Positions 38,268 through 49,060 are shown, counted from the stretch's first letter. The stretch is DNA of 64,000 nt from Eubacteriales bacterium (GCA_034086705.1 JAXDZV010000032.1:1865-65864), one strand, 5' to 3'. The notes: a model not told the origin generated them from the letters alone. Numbers and translations: made by a program.

Positions 38268-39365
38268 TTACTGTATCTGCATCTGCGTCGTCTGCCCCGG
38301 CGGCGACGTCGTATCGCTCTGCTGTGCCGCCTGCGCCGCAAGCAGAGCATCGATCAAACGATCCATATCCCCGTTGAGAACCCCTTCCAGCGAATACAGT
38401 GTCAGATTGATGCGATGATCGCTCACACGGCCTTGCGGAAAATTATACGTGCGGATTCGCTCAGAACGGTCCGCCGTGCCAACCTGCGCACGCCGTTGCC
38501 CGGCAATGCGCTCTTGTTGCGCTGTGCGTTCTCGCTCATAGAGCTTGGCACGTAAAATGCGAAGCGCCTTGTCTTTGTTTTTAAACTGGCTGCGCTCATC
38601 TTGACATTCTACCACAATTCCCGTAGGCAAATGAGTAATGCGGATGGCGCTCTCGGTTTTGTTGATATGCTGCCCCCCCGCACCGCTGGATTTACAGCTT
38701 TCTATTTTGAGCTGCGCAGGCAACAGTTCCACCTCAACCTGATCTGCCTGCGGCAGCACCGCAACGGTCGCCGTGGATGTCTGGATGCGCCCCTGCGACT
38801 CCGTGCGGGGCACCCGTTGCACACGGTGTACGCCGCTTTCATATTTCAGCCGCGCATACGCTCCCGTGCCATTGACCAAAAAACAAACTTCGCGCAGACC
38901 GCCTAACTCCGTCTCGCTTTGCGACATAAGCTCTGTGTGAAAACCGCGGCGCGTGGCATACATGCAATACATGCGGTACAGATCTGCCGCGAACAGCGCA
39001 GCCTCTTCCCCACCTGCCCCTGCGCGAATCTCCATCACAACCGCCCGGTCATCATCTGTATCCTGGGCAGCATGCGCCAGCATGCTTTGCAGCTTTTGCC
39101 AGATAGCTCGCTGCGTTTTCTGAGCAGTTTGTACTTCCTGTGCCGCCAGCGCAGCAAGCTCTTCGTCTTGTAGCAATTCCTCCGCTTGTTGCTGCTGACG
39201 CTGTGCCGCAAGATACTCCTCATACACAGCTGCCAGCGGCTCTTTTTGTGCGTATTCACGCCGAAGCGTCGCATACTGCTGACGATCCCGTAGAATCTGC
39301 GGCTGCTGCAAAAGCGCCGCAAGCTCCGCAGTGCGTGCCCGCAGCGCCTCAAGCTTTTCCTGCAT
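38268..39365 (-). CDS. prfA: Peptide chain release factor 1
   Basis: RVPRTESQGRIQTST (RF1 PxT-type tripeptide context) and SGAGGQHINKTESAIRITH. Confidence 0.92.
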   Translation of the reverse strand: MQEKLEALRARTAELAALLQQPQILRDRQQYATLRREYAQKEPLAAVYEEYLAAQRQQQQAEELLQDEELAALAAQEVQTAQKTQRAIWQKLQSMLAHAAQDTDDDRAVVMEIRAGAGGEEAALFAADLYRMYCMYATRRGFHTELMSQSETELGGLREVCFLVNGTGAYARLKYESGVHRVQRVPRTESQGRIQTSTATVAVLPQADQVEVELLPAQLKIESCKSSGAGGQHINKTESAIRITHLPTGIVVECQDERSQFKNKDKALRILRAKLYERERTAQQERIAGQRRAQVGTADRSERIRTYNFPQGRVSDHRINLTLYSLEGVLNGDMDRLIDALLAAQAAQQSDTTSPPGQTTQMQIQ

Positions 39366-39558
39366 CGCTCACAACCTCCCTAACCGCCCGCTCAAATGCG
39401 ATGCGCTCCATGCGCACCACTCTACCGCATCCACAACAGGCAGCCCCGATATCCGCGCCAACACGCAAAATTCGAAACCGATCCGTACCGCAGGGATGCA
39501 CTTTACGCATTCTTACCACCGTGCCTACGCACAACTGTTCTCGCTCCATGCAAGACAC
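39349..39558 (-). CDS. DUF951 family small protein
   Basis: VGTVVRMRKVHPCGTDRFRILRVGADIGAACCGCGRVVRMERIAFERAV fits the DUF951 pattern (HPCG...GADI...C-x-x-CG). Overlaps the prfA start by 17 nt; Met4 is an alternative start. Confidence 0.7.
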   Translation of the reverse strand: MSCMEREQLCVGTVVRMRKVHPCGTDRFRILRVGADIGAACCGCGRVVRMERIAFERAVREVVSDAGKA

Positions 39559-39687
39559 CTCGCTCTTTGCAATCGTCTTATCTTATCATATCCTGCCTGT
39601 TTTGTAAATATCTGTCCGGATAAAAATCTCCTGCGTTCATGATTTCGTTGCAAGCGCAAAGTTTTTCAAAAACTTGCAGGTTTTCTC

Positions 39688-39716
39688 TTGTGAAAATGCA
39701 AAACACATGTTATAAT
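39688..39716 (+). promoter_or_regulatory. Sigma-A-type promoter
   Basis: TTGTGA - 17 nt - (TGt)TATAAT, 85 nt upstream of the 39801 gene. Confidence 0.55.
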
Positions 39717-39800
39717 AAAATCCTATTTTCGAATCTTTGCGCGTCAAAGACTCCTATTTGACGCCGTACAACGCATTTACCGGAAAGGAGCGATCGATTT

Positions 39801-41255
39801 ATGCAAGAAAACAACTGTGAAAAAATGCAGGATTCGCCGACATTGCAATTCTCCCAGCAAACCAATCTGCTGGAACAAGCGGCCTATAAATATCAACTGC
39901 AAGACAGGCAAACGCCGAATTTGTACCGCCAACTTTACGATTATGCATCTGTACCAAAGGTTTCCTTTAACCACCGCAGTGTTCCTTTATGCATGCCGGA
40001 AAATATCTGGATGACAGACACCACCTTTCGCGACGGGCAGCAATCTACCTCGCCGTTTACGGAAAAGCAGATTGTGGCGCTCTATCGTCTGCTGGCAAAG
40101 CTGGGCGGTCCGAAGGGGTTGATTCGGCAAAGTGAATTTTTTGTTTACACGGAAAAAGACCGCCGCGCCGTACAGGCGTGTATGGATACGGGGCTTCCCT
40201 TTCCGGAGGTTACCACTTGGATTCGCGCCAACGAGCAGGATTTCAAACTTGTAAAAGATTTGGGAATCCGCGAGACAGGCGTGCTGCTCTCCTGCTCCGA
40301 TTACCATATTTACAATAAAATGGGGCTCACACGTGCCCAGGCAATGGATCGTTACCTGGGCATTGTGCGCCGCATTATGGAATACGGTATTTCCCCACGT
40401 TGCCATTTTGAGGACATTACCCGGGCAGATTTTTACGGCTTTGTTGTTCCGCTTGCCGCAGCTTTGGAGGATTTGTCACGTCAAAGCGGCATCCCCGTAA
40501 AAATTCGTGCATGCGATACCATGGGATTCGGAGTTTCCTATCCGGGTGCTGCGCTGCCCCGCAGCGTTGGCGGCATCATCTACGGGCTACACCACTATGC
40601 CGGCATTCCCTCTGAGCGTTTGGAATGGCATGGGCATAACGATTTTTACAAAGTTGTCACCAACGCCGCTACTGCGTGGCTGTATGGATGTTCCTCCGTC
40701 AATTGCTCCATGCTGGGTATCGGAGAACGCACGGGCAACTGCCCACTGGAAGCGATGGTCATTGAATATGCGTCACTGCGCGGCACACAGGATGGTATGG
40801 ATCTCTCGGTGATCACAGAGATCGCCCGGTACTTTGAAGAAGAAATCGGATACGAAATACCGCCGCGCACCCCGTTTGTCGGCCGCAATTTTAATGTAAC
40901 ACGCGCCGGCATTCACGCAGACGGGCTGCTCAAAGATGAAGAAATTTACAATATTTTTGACACCGCAAAAATATTGAATCGGCCTGCCTGCGTCGCCGTA
41001 GATGCACACAGCGGACTGGCAGGTATCGCGCACTGGCTCAACAGCTATTTCCGATTGGAAAAAGAAGATGCCATAGACAAACGGGCGCCGTTGGTTGCTG
41101 CAATCAAAGAACAGGTAGACGCCTTGTATGCAAACGGGCGCTGCACCGTCATGGGAGACGGCGAGTTGGAGGATATTCTGCGTCGCACAGATTATTCCGC
41201 GTATGAGCATTACGCGCACATACACCAACTCGCAAAAAACAAAGATAATGCGTAA
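39801..41255 (+). CDS. HMGL-like (DRE-TIM) Claisen condensing enzyme, homocitrate/isopropylmalate synthase family; probably citrate (Re)-synthase
   Basis: IWMTDTTFRDGQQS core, HGHNDF metal site and the long N-terminal extension seen in clostridial Re-citrate synthase-like proteins. The specific activity is an inference. Confidence 0.6.
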   Translation: MQENNCEKMQDSPTLQFSQQTNLLEQAAYKYQLQDRQTPNLYRQLYDYASVPKVSFNHRSVPLCMPENIWMTDTTFRDGQQSTSPFTEKQIVALYRLLAKLGGPKGLIRQSEFFVYTEKDRRAVQACMDTGLPFPEVTTWIRANEQDFKLVKDLGIRETGVLLSCSDYHIYNKMGLTRAQAMDRYLGIVRRIMEYGISPRCHFEDITRADFYGFVVPLAAALEDLSRQSGIPVKIRACDTMGFGVSYPGAALPRSVGGIIYGLHHYAGIPSERLEWHGHNDFYKVVTNAATAWLYGCSSVNCSMLGIGERTGNCPLEAMVIEYASLRGTQDGMDLSVITEIARYFEEEIGYEIPPRTPFVGRNFNVTRAGIHADGLLKDEEIYNIFDTAKILNRPACVAVDAHSGLAGIAHWLNSYFRLEKEDAIDKRAPLVAAIKEQVDALYANGRCTVMGDGELEDILRRTDYSAYEHYAHIHQLAKNKDNA

Positions 41256-41270
41256 AAAGGAGAGATGTAC

Positions 41271-41789
41271 ATGAAGCACCCGCTGCATCCGGACGCAATG
41301 CTGGGTGACTTCGCCGCCGTGACACCCGCGCTGCTGCACGCGTACGGGGTGCGCGCGCTTTTGTGCGACATCGACAACACCCTTGTTCCCTATGAAGAGG
41401 CGGAGCCGACAGACGCAGTTCGCCGCTGGCTAGCAGCACTGGCAGATGCCGGTATTTGCATCGGCTTTGTGTCCAACAACGACCCTGCGCGGGTCAACCG
41501 CTTTAATCAATCGCTGCAGCTGTTTGCCTACGCCAAGGCCGGCAAACCCTCTACGCGTGCGGTTCGAGCTTTTCTTGCACAGTCAGGCATGGCGCCGCAG
41601 CAAACGGCATTGTTGGGAGATCAACTTTTTACAGATGTACTGTGCGCGCGTTGCAGCGGTCTGGTTAGCTTTCTCGTACCGCCTATTCGTGATAAAAAAA
41701 CACTGTTTTTCCGTACAAAGCGTCTGCTGGAAAAACCTTTCCTCGCTTCCTTCCGAAAAAAACAAAAAAAAGCCCGCCGCTGCGTATAA
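41271..41789 (+). CDS. yqeG: YqeG family HAD-IIIA phosphatase
   Basis: LLCDIDNTLVPY, GFVSNN, GDQLFTD. Second ATG chosen for its 8-nt spacing from the AAGGAG RBS. Confidence 0.82.
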   Translation: MKHPLHPDAMLGDFAAVTPALLHAYGVRALLCDIDNTLVPYEEAEPTDAVRRWLAALADAGICIGFVSNNDPARVNRFNQSLQLFAYAKAGKPSTRAVRAFLAQSGMAPQQTALLGDQLFTDVLCARCSGLVSFLVPPIRDKKTLFFRTKRLLEKPFLASFRKKQKKARRCV

Positions 41790-41843
41790 ACTGCGCTGCA
41801 GCGGGCATTCTGTTAGCAGAACCACAAAAAAACGGAGGTCTTT

Positions 41844-42332
41844 ATGGAGCAATCGAAAAACACCTGCCGCGGCTGTGCCGGACAGGAAAAGCAAGCACCG
41901 GACGAAAAGCTGCTGGAAGAAATACTCAAAAACACGAAAATGGGAAGCGACGCCATGATCACTCTGCTGGGAAAGCTGGAAGATACGCAGCAACCGCTGC
42001 GACAGGATCTGGCAACCCAGCTTGACGGATACCAGAATTTTGCAGCGCAGGCAACACGCCTTTTGGTTCAACGCGGAAAGACACCTACCGAACCTAAGCG
42101 TACCGCGACTTTGCCTTCACAATTCGGCATTCAGATCAGCACGCTCACCGACCACTCTCCCTCAAAGCTTGCAGAGCTTGTCATCAACGGCTCTACCATG
42201 GGGATTGTTGAGCTTTCCCGCGCTATGCACCGCTGCGGCACCGACGGCTGTGCCGCCGACGTGCAAAAACTGGGGCAAGACGTACTCAACTTCGAAGAGG
42301 GAAATCTTTCCAAAATGAAAACTTATTTGTGA
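41844..42332 (+). CDS. Hypothetical helical protein (internally duplicated helical halves)
   Basis: 162 aa, good coding composition, followed by a strong terminator. No family recognised with confidence. Confidence 0.5.
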   Translation: MEQSKNTCRGCAGQEKQAPDEKLLEEILKNTKMGSDAMITLLGKLEDTQQPLRQDLATQLDGYQNFAAQATRLLVQRGKTPTEPKRTATLPSQFGIQISTLTDHSPSKLAELVINGSTMGIVELSRAMHRCGTDGCAADVQKLGQDVLNFEEGNLSKMKTYL

Positions 42333-42343
42333 GCGCGCCCTGT

Positions 42344-42386
42344 ACGGCGTGCCGCATGCGCGGGCATGCGGCACGCCGTTTTTTGC
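42344..42386 (+). terminator. Intrinsic terminator
   Basis: ACGGCGTGCCGCATGC-gcgg-GCATGCGGCACGCCGT followed by TTTTTT. Confidence 0.85.
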
Positions 42387-42425
42387 GTGATACCCAAGCA
42401 GAACGCAAAATTCATCAAATGTATC

Positions 42426-42454
42426 TTGCAATTTATCAACCTGCGCGATATAAT
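42426..42454 (+). promoter_or_regulatory. Sigma-A-type promoter of lepA
   Basis: TTGCAA - 17 nt - TATAAT. Confidence 0.65.
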
Positions 42455-42528
42455 GTATAAAATAGGGTTTTTGTGGGATCGGCGTGACACAGCGCCGTCA
42501 CCAACCACCGGATAGAGGAAGCAAACGT

Positions 42529-44334
42529 ATGGCGGACAGAGAGCATATTCGAAATTTTTCCATCATTGCACACATTGACCACGGAAAAAGCACACTGGCA
42601 GATCGACTTTTGGAACTGACAGATTCCGTTTCCGCACGGGATATGGAAGCCCAGCTTTTGGATAATATGGACATCGAGCGTGAGCGTGGCATTACCATCA
42701 AAGCACGTGCTGTGAAAATGAATTACCGTGCCGAAAACGGGGAAGTCTATGAGCTCAATCTCATCGACACACCCGGCCACGTAGACTTTAGCTACGAAGT
42801 TTCCCGTTCTCTCAAAGCCTGCGAAGGAGCGCTGCTGGTTGTCGATGCTACACAGGGCATCGAGGCACAGACATTGGCAAACGCCTATCTTGCCGCCGAT
42901 ACCGACCTTACCATTCTGCCGATCATCAACAAAATTGATCTGCCAAGCGCAGATGCACCGCGGGTTCAGCGGGAAATTGAAGATGTGATCGGTATTGATG
43001 CACAGGATTGTCCCTGTGTCAGTGCAAAAGCAGGCATCGGGATTCGCGCGGTTTTGGAGCGGATTGTTCGCGATATTCCCTGTCCTGCCGGTGATGCACA
43101 GGCGCCGCTTCGGGCACTGATTTTTGACTCTTATTATGATTCCTACCTGGGTGTTGTCGTTGAGGTTCGGTTATTCGACGGTACGGTACGCGCAGGAGAC
43201 CATATCCTCATGATGCACACCGGCGCCCAATTTGAGGTGGTTGAGGTAGGGTCTATGAGCGCGTTCGGCCTTTCCCCGGCAGAGTGTCTGCGTGCAGGAG
43301 AAGTCGGCTATATTACCGCCTCTATCAAAAGCGTACGAGATACACGTGTAGGAGATACCGTCACCATTGCAGACGCCCCTTGCGCAGCACCGCTGCCGGG
43401 CTTTAAGCAGGCGCAGCCGATGGTCTTTTCCGGCATCTATCCCGCAGACGGTTCCAAATATGCGGATTTGCGCGAAGCGTTGGAAAAACTGCAGCTTAAC
43501 GACGCCGCGCTTACGTTTGAACAGGAAAGCTCCGCGGCGCTCGGATTCGGCTTTCGCTGCGGCTTTTTGGGGCTTTTGCATATGGAAATCGTTCAAGAAC
43601 GGCTGGAGCGCGAATTTGACCTGGATCTGATCACCACCGCGCCAAGCGTCATTTATGAGTTGGAATTGCGTAACGGAGAGACGGTGCATATCGACAACCC
43701 GCTCAGCTTTCCCCCGCCGGATGAAATTGCACAAGCACGAGAGCCCATCATCCGTGCCGCTATCATTACCCCCACCGAATACGTCGGCGGCATCATGGAA
43801 CTGTGCCAGCAGCGGCGCGGCACCTTCAAAGATATGAAATATGTGGATGCAGACCGTGCGGAATTACGTTACCTTTTGCCGCTGAACGAAGTAATTTATG
43901 ATTTTTTTGATGCACTGAAGAGCCGCTCTCGCGGGTATGCCTCGCTGGACTATGAGCTGTGCGGCTATGAAAAATCCAACCTTGTTAAGCTGGATATTTT
44001 GCTTGCAGGCGAACCGGTTGATGCACTTTCTTTCATTGTCTTTGCAGATAACGCCTATACGCGCGCACGCAAAATGTGCGAAAAACTAAAAGAAAATATC
44101 CCGCGGCAACTGTTTGAAATTCCCGTACAGGCCGCGATCGGCGGAAAGGTAATTGCGCGGGAAACCGTTAAGGCAATGCGCAAGGACGTGCTTGCAAAAT
44201 GCTACGGCGGTGACATTACGAGAAAGAAAAAACTGCTGGAAAAGCAAAAAGAAGGTAAAAAAAGAATGCGAAAATTCGGTACGGTGGAGGTTCCGCAGGA
44301 GGCCTTTATGGCAGTGCTGAAACTAGACGATTGA
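42529..44334 (+). CDS. lepA: Translation elongation factor 4 (LepA)
   Basis: [35 protein letters not shown]; ~600 aa. Start at Met16 of the track ORF. Confidence 0.95.
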   Translation: MADREHIRNFSIIAHIDHGKSTLADRLLELTDSVSARDMEAQLLDNMDIERERGITIKARAVKMNYRAENGEVYELNLIDTPGHVDFSYEVSRSLKACEGALLVVDATQGIEAQTLANAYLAADTDLTILPIINKIDLPSADAPRVQREIEDVIGIDAQDCPCVSAKAGIGIRAVLERIVRDIPCPAGDAQAPLRALIFDSYYDSYLGVVVEVRLFDGTVRAGDHILMMHTGAQFEVVEVGSMSAFGLSPAECLRAGEVGYITASIKSVRDTRVGDTVTIADAPCAAPLPGFKQAQPMVFSGIYPADGSKYADLREALEKLQLNDAALTFEQESSAALGFGFRCGFLGLLHMEIVQERLEREFDLDLITTAPSVIYELELRNGETVHIDNPLSFPPPDEIAQAREPIIRAAIITPTEYVGGIMELCQQRRGTFKDMKYVDADRAELRYLLPLNEVIYDFFDALKSRSRGYASLDYELCGYEKSNLVKLDILLAGEPVDALSFIVFADNAYTRARKMCEKLKENIPRQLFEIPVQAAIGGKVIARETVKAMRKDVLAKCYGGDITRKKKLLEKQKEGKKRMRKFGTVEVPQEAFMAVLKLDD

Positions 44335-44356
44335 GCAAGAAAGGAAGAATTGCACC

Positions 44357-45577
44357 ATGAAAAAACAAGAAGTATTCAAAAAACTGGGGCTCTATGTGCA
44401 CATTCCCTTTTGCATCCATAAATGCGCATATTGTGATTTTTACTCGACCGATCGTTTCGGCCAAGACGGAGAGCATCCGCAAATCAAGGCATACTGCAAA
44501 GCGCTGCGCTACCATCTGCGCATGGTAGGGGAAAAGGTGACGGATTACGATGTGGATTCCGTCTATATCGGAGGCGGAACGCCGACGGCGCTCAGCAGTG
44601 CATTGCTGTGCAGTATTGTCAAAGAAATCAAAAACGATTATTACGAAGCCGACGCATTGGAATGGACTGTGGAATGCAATCCCGCCACCTCTGACTACGC
44701 CTCTTTGCGCCGCCTGCGCCGTTGCGGCGTCAACAGACTGTCTATCGGTCTGCAATCCGCCAATGCGCAGGAACTGACAGCGCTGGGCAGAATTCATACC
44801 AAAGAAGAATTTGAAGAAACCTTTTTTCAAGCACGGGATGCAGGCTTTGAAAATATCAATGTCGATGTGATGTTCGGGATTCCGCATCAAACACAGGATT
44901 CCCTGCTGGAAACCCTGTCTTATATTGTTTCCCTGGAGCCTGAGCACATCTCGCTGTATAATCTGATTTTAGAGGACGGAACTCCGCTGTTTAAAAAGCG
45001 GGAAAGCCTTGTATTGCCGGATGAAAACGAAGAATTTGCCATGTACCAGGCAGCGATTCGGTTTTTGGCGGAAAACGGGTATGCACAATACGAAATTTCC
45101 AATTTTGCCAAAGAGGGCTACCGTTGTCGCCATAACTTACGCTACTGGCAGGGAGAAGAATATCTCGGCTTTGGCCCGGCAGCGCATTCTTATTATGCCG
45201 GCCACCGCTTTGCCATAGCGAAAGACACAGAGCAGTACATACAAATCATGCGCGGCAAGCCCAAACAGCTTCCTGCAGACCTGCTCAGTGAAAATGAGCG
45301 CATCCACCGCCGCGATGAACTGATCGAATACATCATGCTGCGGTTACGGCTTTGTGAAGGAATAGACTGCGCTGATTTTGCCGCTCGCTTTTCCGGTGAT
45401 TTTGAAGCAATCTTCGGCAAAAAGTGTGCAGTATACGTCAAGCACGGTTTTATGCAGCACCAGGACAACCGCTATGCACTGACGCCAAAGGGCATGTTTG
45501 TCAGCAACACCATTATTTCTTCTTTGTTCCCGGATTCTGTGCTGGAAAAAAGTTTGAAGAAAGGACCCCGTTACTGA
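44357..45577 (+). CDS. hemW: Radical SAM family heme chaperone HemW (HemN-like)
   Basis: LYVHIPFCIHKCAYCDF; conserved lepA-hemW order. Confidence 0.88.
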   Translation: MKKQEVFKKLGLYVHIPFCIHKCAYCDFYSTDRFGQDGEHPQIKAYCKALRYHLRMVGEKVTDYDVDSVYIGGGTPTALSSALLCSIVKEIKNDYYEADALEWTVECNPATSDYASLRRLRRCGVNRLSIGLQSANAQELTALGRIHTKEEFEETFFQARDAGFENINVDVMFGIPHQTQDSLLETLSYIVSLEPEHISLYNLILEDGTPLFKKRESLVLPDENEEFAMYQAAIRFLAENGYAQYEISNFAKEGYRCRHNLRYWQGEEYLGFGPAAHSYYAGHRFAIAKDTEQYIQIMRGKPKQLPADLLSENERIHRRDELIEYIMLRLRLCEGIDCADFAARFSGDFEAIFGKKCAVYVKHGFMQHQDNRYALTPKGMFVSNTIISSLFPDSVLEKSLKKGPRY

Positions 45578-46017
45578 TGGCAAAAGAGCTTCCCGCGCGC
45601 AACGCAAAAAAGCAGAAAAAGCCGTTTCCATGGGGCAAGGCTCTGTGTTTTTTGCTGCTTATCGGCGGATATTTCGCGCTGTACAAACTGATTATGCCGT
45701 TTTTCCCGTGGATTATGTATATCAACAGCGGCGCTGCGGCACTGCTGCTTGTCGCATTTTACATCGTCAATCAGGGCTTTTCGGCAAAGCCCGTGAAGGC
45801 ATCCGATTTGCCGCGCGAATGGACACGGGAAAAGCGTGAACAGTATGCAGCACAGAGTGCTCGGCGTAAAAAAGCCGGCCGGGTTCTGCTGTACATTTTG
45901 GTACCCATGCTGTTTGCCATTTTGCTCGATTATCTCTTTTATTATCTCTATGAATCGCCCGGTGCACCGTTCTACCCAGAGCAAACGGCTTGCCTTGCCG
46001 GATGGCGGTGCCTATGA
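45577..46017 (+). CDS. Hypothetical membrane protein (3-4 TM)
   Basis: MAKELPARNAKKQKKPFPWGKALCFLLLIGGYFALY...; TGATG overlap with hemW and ATGA overlap with rsmG. Confidence 0.55.
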   Translation: MAKELPARNAKKQKKPFPWGKALCFLLLIGGYFALYKLIMPFFPWIMYINSGAAALLLVAFYIVNQGFSAKPVKASDLPREWTREKREQYAAQSARRKKAGRVLLYILVPMLFAILLDYLFYYLYESPGAPFYPEQTACLAGWRCL

Positions 46018-46790
46018 CAGCACGCGAGGATACGGCGCCCATAACATATGCGGCGTTTGCTGCGGAAATAGCATCTGTGTTTTCTGCCAATGCACTGGCT
46101 TTGCCGGATTCCGCACAAACAGAGCAACTTTATACGCTGTTATGCCTTTTGGACCGGGCAAACCGGCATATGAATCTAACAGCCATCCGGGATGCGCACG
46201 GTGTTTTGGTACGCCATTTTGCAGACTGTGCACTGGCAGCGCCCTGCTTTCCAACGCACGCCCTGGTTGCTGATATCGGCGCAGGCGCGGGCTTTCCAAC
46301 ACTCCCGTTGGCCATTTTGCGTCCGGACTTACAATGGGTCGCCGTGGATGCAACTGCAAAACGTGTAGAATATGTGCGACAGAGCGCACAAGCGCTTTCT
46401 TTGCACCGTGTCAGTGCCGTGTGTGCGCGGGCAGAAGCGCTGGGGCATGCTTCCTCTTTTCGAGAAAGCTTTGACGCGGTCTGCGCCAGAGCTGTGGCAC
46501 GTATGCATATACTGTGTGAGCTGTGTCTGCCTCTTTGCCGGGTCGGTGGTGTCTTTCTCGCCATGAAAGGAAAGAACGCCCTGCAGGAATGGGATCAGGC
46601 GGCGCACGGAGCAACACTTTTAGGCGGCACACTGCATAAAGACCATACTTTGTATCTGTATGATCCCAACTGCTCTGCCGCAGAGCCGGACGCCTGTGCC
46701 GCACGACATGTGCTGTGCATTGCAAAAACCGCGCCGACCCCTCCGCTTTATCCGCGCGCCTACGGCAGCATTGTCAAAAAACCGCTTTAG
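46014..46790 (+). CDS. rsmG: 16S rRNA (guanine527-N7)-methyltransferase RsmG
   Basis: NLTAIRD...VRHFADC...DIGAGAGFPTLPLAI...AVDATAKRVEY...ARAE. Confidence 0.85.
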   Translation: MTAREDTAPITYAAFAAEIASVFSANALALPDSAQTEQLYTLLCLLDRANRHMNLTAIRDAHGVLVRHFADCALAAPCFPTHALVADIGAGAGFPTLPLAILRPDLQWVAVDATAKRVEYVRQSAQALSLHRVSAVCARAEALGHASSFRESFDAVCARAVARMHILCELCLPLCRVGGVFLAMKGKNALQEWDQAAHGATLLGGTLHKDHTLYLYDPNCSAAEPDACAARHVLCIAKTAPTPPLYPRAYGSIVKKPL

Positions 46791-46808
46791 GAGCAGAAGG
46801 GCTGAAAA

Positions 46809-47663
46809 ATGATCACCGAATTCATGCAAAAAAGCCAATCTGGCGTAGTCTATTATGAGGACCCCAAGCTGGGCGATTCCGCCTTGCGGCATGGCTTTGC
46901 CACGCGAAAAGGCGGCGTAAGCACCGCACCGCACCTTGCTTCGATGAATCTCGGCTTTTTCCGCGGAGAGCCACAAGCAATCACGCAGGAAAACCATGCC
47001 CGCTTTGCAGCGGGGCTGGGAATTCCTCCTGCGCAGCTTGTCTTTGCCAATCAAACCCATACCCACACTGTTTATACTGTAACAGCAGCACACCACGGGG
47101 TCGGCGTCACAAAGCCACCCGTATATTTGCCCGGCACCGACCCGCAGGATCCCGTCAACGAAGTGGATGCGCTTGTCACAGCGCAGCCCGGTGTTGCCCT
47201 CGGAATCCGAGTTGCAGACTGTGTACCGCTTTTGTTCTACGATCCGGTAGCACACATAATCGGGGCTGCACACGCAGGCTGGCGCGGCACACTGGATCAC
47301 ATTGCCCCACTGACACTGTATACCATGGAAGAAGCCGGCGCACATGCACCGGATGTTCGTGTTGCCATTGGGCCTTCGATCGGCGCATGCTGCTATACGG
47401 TGGATCACGCCTTTTATGAAAAGTTTTTACAACAGCTCGGCACGCAAATTTGTGCCGCAGCCTTTTCCGACACAGACACCGCACATCCACGCGTTTCGCT
47501 GGCGCGTATCAATGAAGAACTTTTAACGGAGGCTGGTGTGCTTCCGGAGCATATCCATACCACCTCGCTTTGCACGTGTTGCTCCCCGGCAATTTTTCAT
47601 TCGCACCGGGCCACCGGCGGCAAACGCGGTACAGGTGGTGCGCTGATTTGGATGCAACCGTAA
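46809..47663 (+). CDS. pgeF: Peptidoglycan editing factor PgeF / YfiH (DUF152 laccase-domain) family
   Basis: NQTHTHTV, VADCVPLLF, AHAGWRGT, CTCC...FHSHRA. Confidence 0.85.
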   Translation: MITEFMQKSQSGVVYYEDPKLGDSALRHGFATRKGGVSTAPHLASMNLGFFRGEPQAITQENHARFAAGLGIPPAQLVFANQTHTHTVYTVTAAHHGVGVTKPPVYLPGTDPQDPVNEVDALVTAQPGVALGIRVADCVPLLFYDPVAHIIGAAHAGWRGTLDHIAPLTLYTMEEAGAHAPDVRVAIGPSIGACCYTVDHAFYEKFLQQLGTQICAAAFSDTDTAHPRVSLARINEELLTEAGVLPEHIHTTSLCTCCSPAIFHSHRATGGKRGTGGALIWMQP

Positions 47664-47773
47664 GGCGCGCATCCCCCTCTCTGCCAGTAAAAGAAAAATA
47701 AACCACACATTTTCGCAGCACAGCAACCGCTTTGTTTGTTGGGATTGTCTGTGCAAACTTGGGAGGAAGTGCC

Positions 47774-49060
47774 ATGCAGCCCTTGGCAGAACTTTTACGG
47801 CCGCGTACTTTTGATGAAATGGTCGGTCAGACGGCTTTGGTCGGAGAAAACGGAGTTCTGCGCCGCTTTGCAAAGACCGCCCGTTTTTCCAATATGATTT
47901 TCTACGGGCCACCCGGTGTGGGAAAAACAACCGCGGCCGCCATTTTGGCAAGTGCAACGGAAAAGCAGCTACACCGCCTCAATGCTACCACCGCCACCTT
48001 GGCAGACATCCGCGAGGTCATTGCCTCCACCGCAACGGTTTTCGGCAGCGGCGGCGTGTTGCTGTATTTGGATGAAATACAATATTTTAACAAAAAACAA
48101 CAGCAGTCTTTGCTTGAATTTCTGGAAGACGGCCGCATTACACTAATCGCGTCTACCACGGAAAACCCATACTTTTATATTTATCCGGCGCTTCTTTCCC
48201 GCTGCGCCGTGTTTGAGTTCAAGCCGCTCACACAGACAGACATTTGCCCTGCGCTGCAGCGTGGGCTTTCGAAGCTGTGTGCTCTGTATGGGGAAAAAAC
48301 AGCATCTTCGGAGGTGCTGCAAACCATCGCGGCCGGCTGCGGCGGCGATGTTCGCCGGGCGCTTGGAATTTTGGAGAACGCCTACCACAGTGCATCGGAA
48401 CAGATCACTCCAGAGCAAGTGGAGCTGTTTTTGCCCGCCGTGCTTTCTGCCTTTGACCGCGACGGCGACGGGCACTATGATCTGCTCTCCGGCTTGCAAA
48501 AATCCATTCGCGGATCCGACCCGGATGCAGCATTGTTTTACCTTGCAAAGCTGCTGGAGGGTGGCGATTTGCTCAGTGCCTGTCGCAGGCTGCAGGTTAT
48601 CGCTTCCGAAGATATCGGCCTTGCTTATCCATTGGCGGCAGTTGTTACACAGAGTTGCGTGCAGGCAGCGCGAGAACTGGGATTGCCGGAGGCCTCGATT
48701 CCACTGGCACACGCCACTGCTTTGTTGGCAACCGCTCCGAAATCCAACGCGGCCAACGCCGCTTACTGCGCAGCAGCGGCAGACGCGCGCGCGGGGCTTG
48801 GCAATGAGTTGCCTCCCGCCATCCGTGACGCGCACTATCCCGGCGCACAAGCTCTGGGACGCGGGCAGGGATACCAGTACCCGCATGACTTCCCAAATCA
48901 CTATGTCGCACAGCGCTATTTGCCGCTGGATCTCGGGCAGCGACAGTATTTTACCTTCGGTGACAGCAAACAGGAACAGGCGGCCGCCGCCTACGCGCAG
49001 GCGATCCGTACCCAGTGTGAGGAACCGCCGTCTGCACCGCAAAATAAAAAGAAACAATAG
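47774..49060 (+). CDS. rarA: Replication-associated recombination protein A (RarA/MgsA AAA+ ATPase)
   Basis: LRPRTFDEMVGQ, FYGPPGVGKTTAA, LYLDEIQYFNK, MgsA C-terminal domain (SGLQKSIRGSDPDAALFYLAKLLEGGD). Confidence 0.9.
   Translation: MQPLAELLRPRTFDEMVGQTALVGENGVLRRFAKTARFSNMIFYGPPGVGKTTAAAILASATEKQLHRLNATTATLADIREVIASTATVFGSGGVLLYLDEIQYFNKKQQQSLLEFLEDGRITLIASTTENPYFYIYPALLSRCAVFEFKPLTQTDICPALQRGLSKLCALYGEKTASSEVLQTIAAGCGGDVRRALGILENAYHSASEQITPEQVELFLPAVLSAFDRDGDGHYDLLSGLQKSIRGSDPDAALFYLAKLLEGGDLLSACRRLQVIASEDIGLAYPLAAVVTQSCVQAARELGLPEASIPLAHATALLATAPKSNAANAAYCAAAADARAGLGNELPPAIRDAHYPGAQALGRGQGYQYPHDFPNHYVAQRYLPLDLGQRQYFTFGDSKQEQAAAAYAQAIRTQCEEPPSAPQNKKKQ

Noticed and set aside
38268-39365. 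Possible programmed +1 frameshift in a release-factor gene
   Set aside because: The protein is RF1-type (P-x-T context, single uninterrupted frame). The programmed frameshift is a feature of prfB, not prfA.
46620-47408. 262-aa minus-strand ORF
   Set aside because: Antisense to pgeF, which shows the conserved H/C/H motif set. No independent support.
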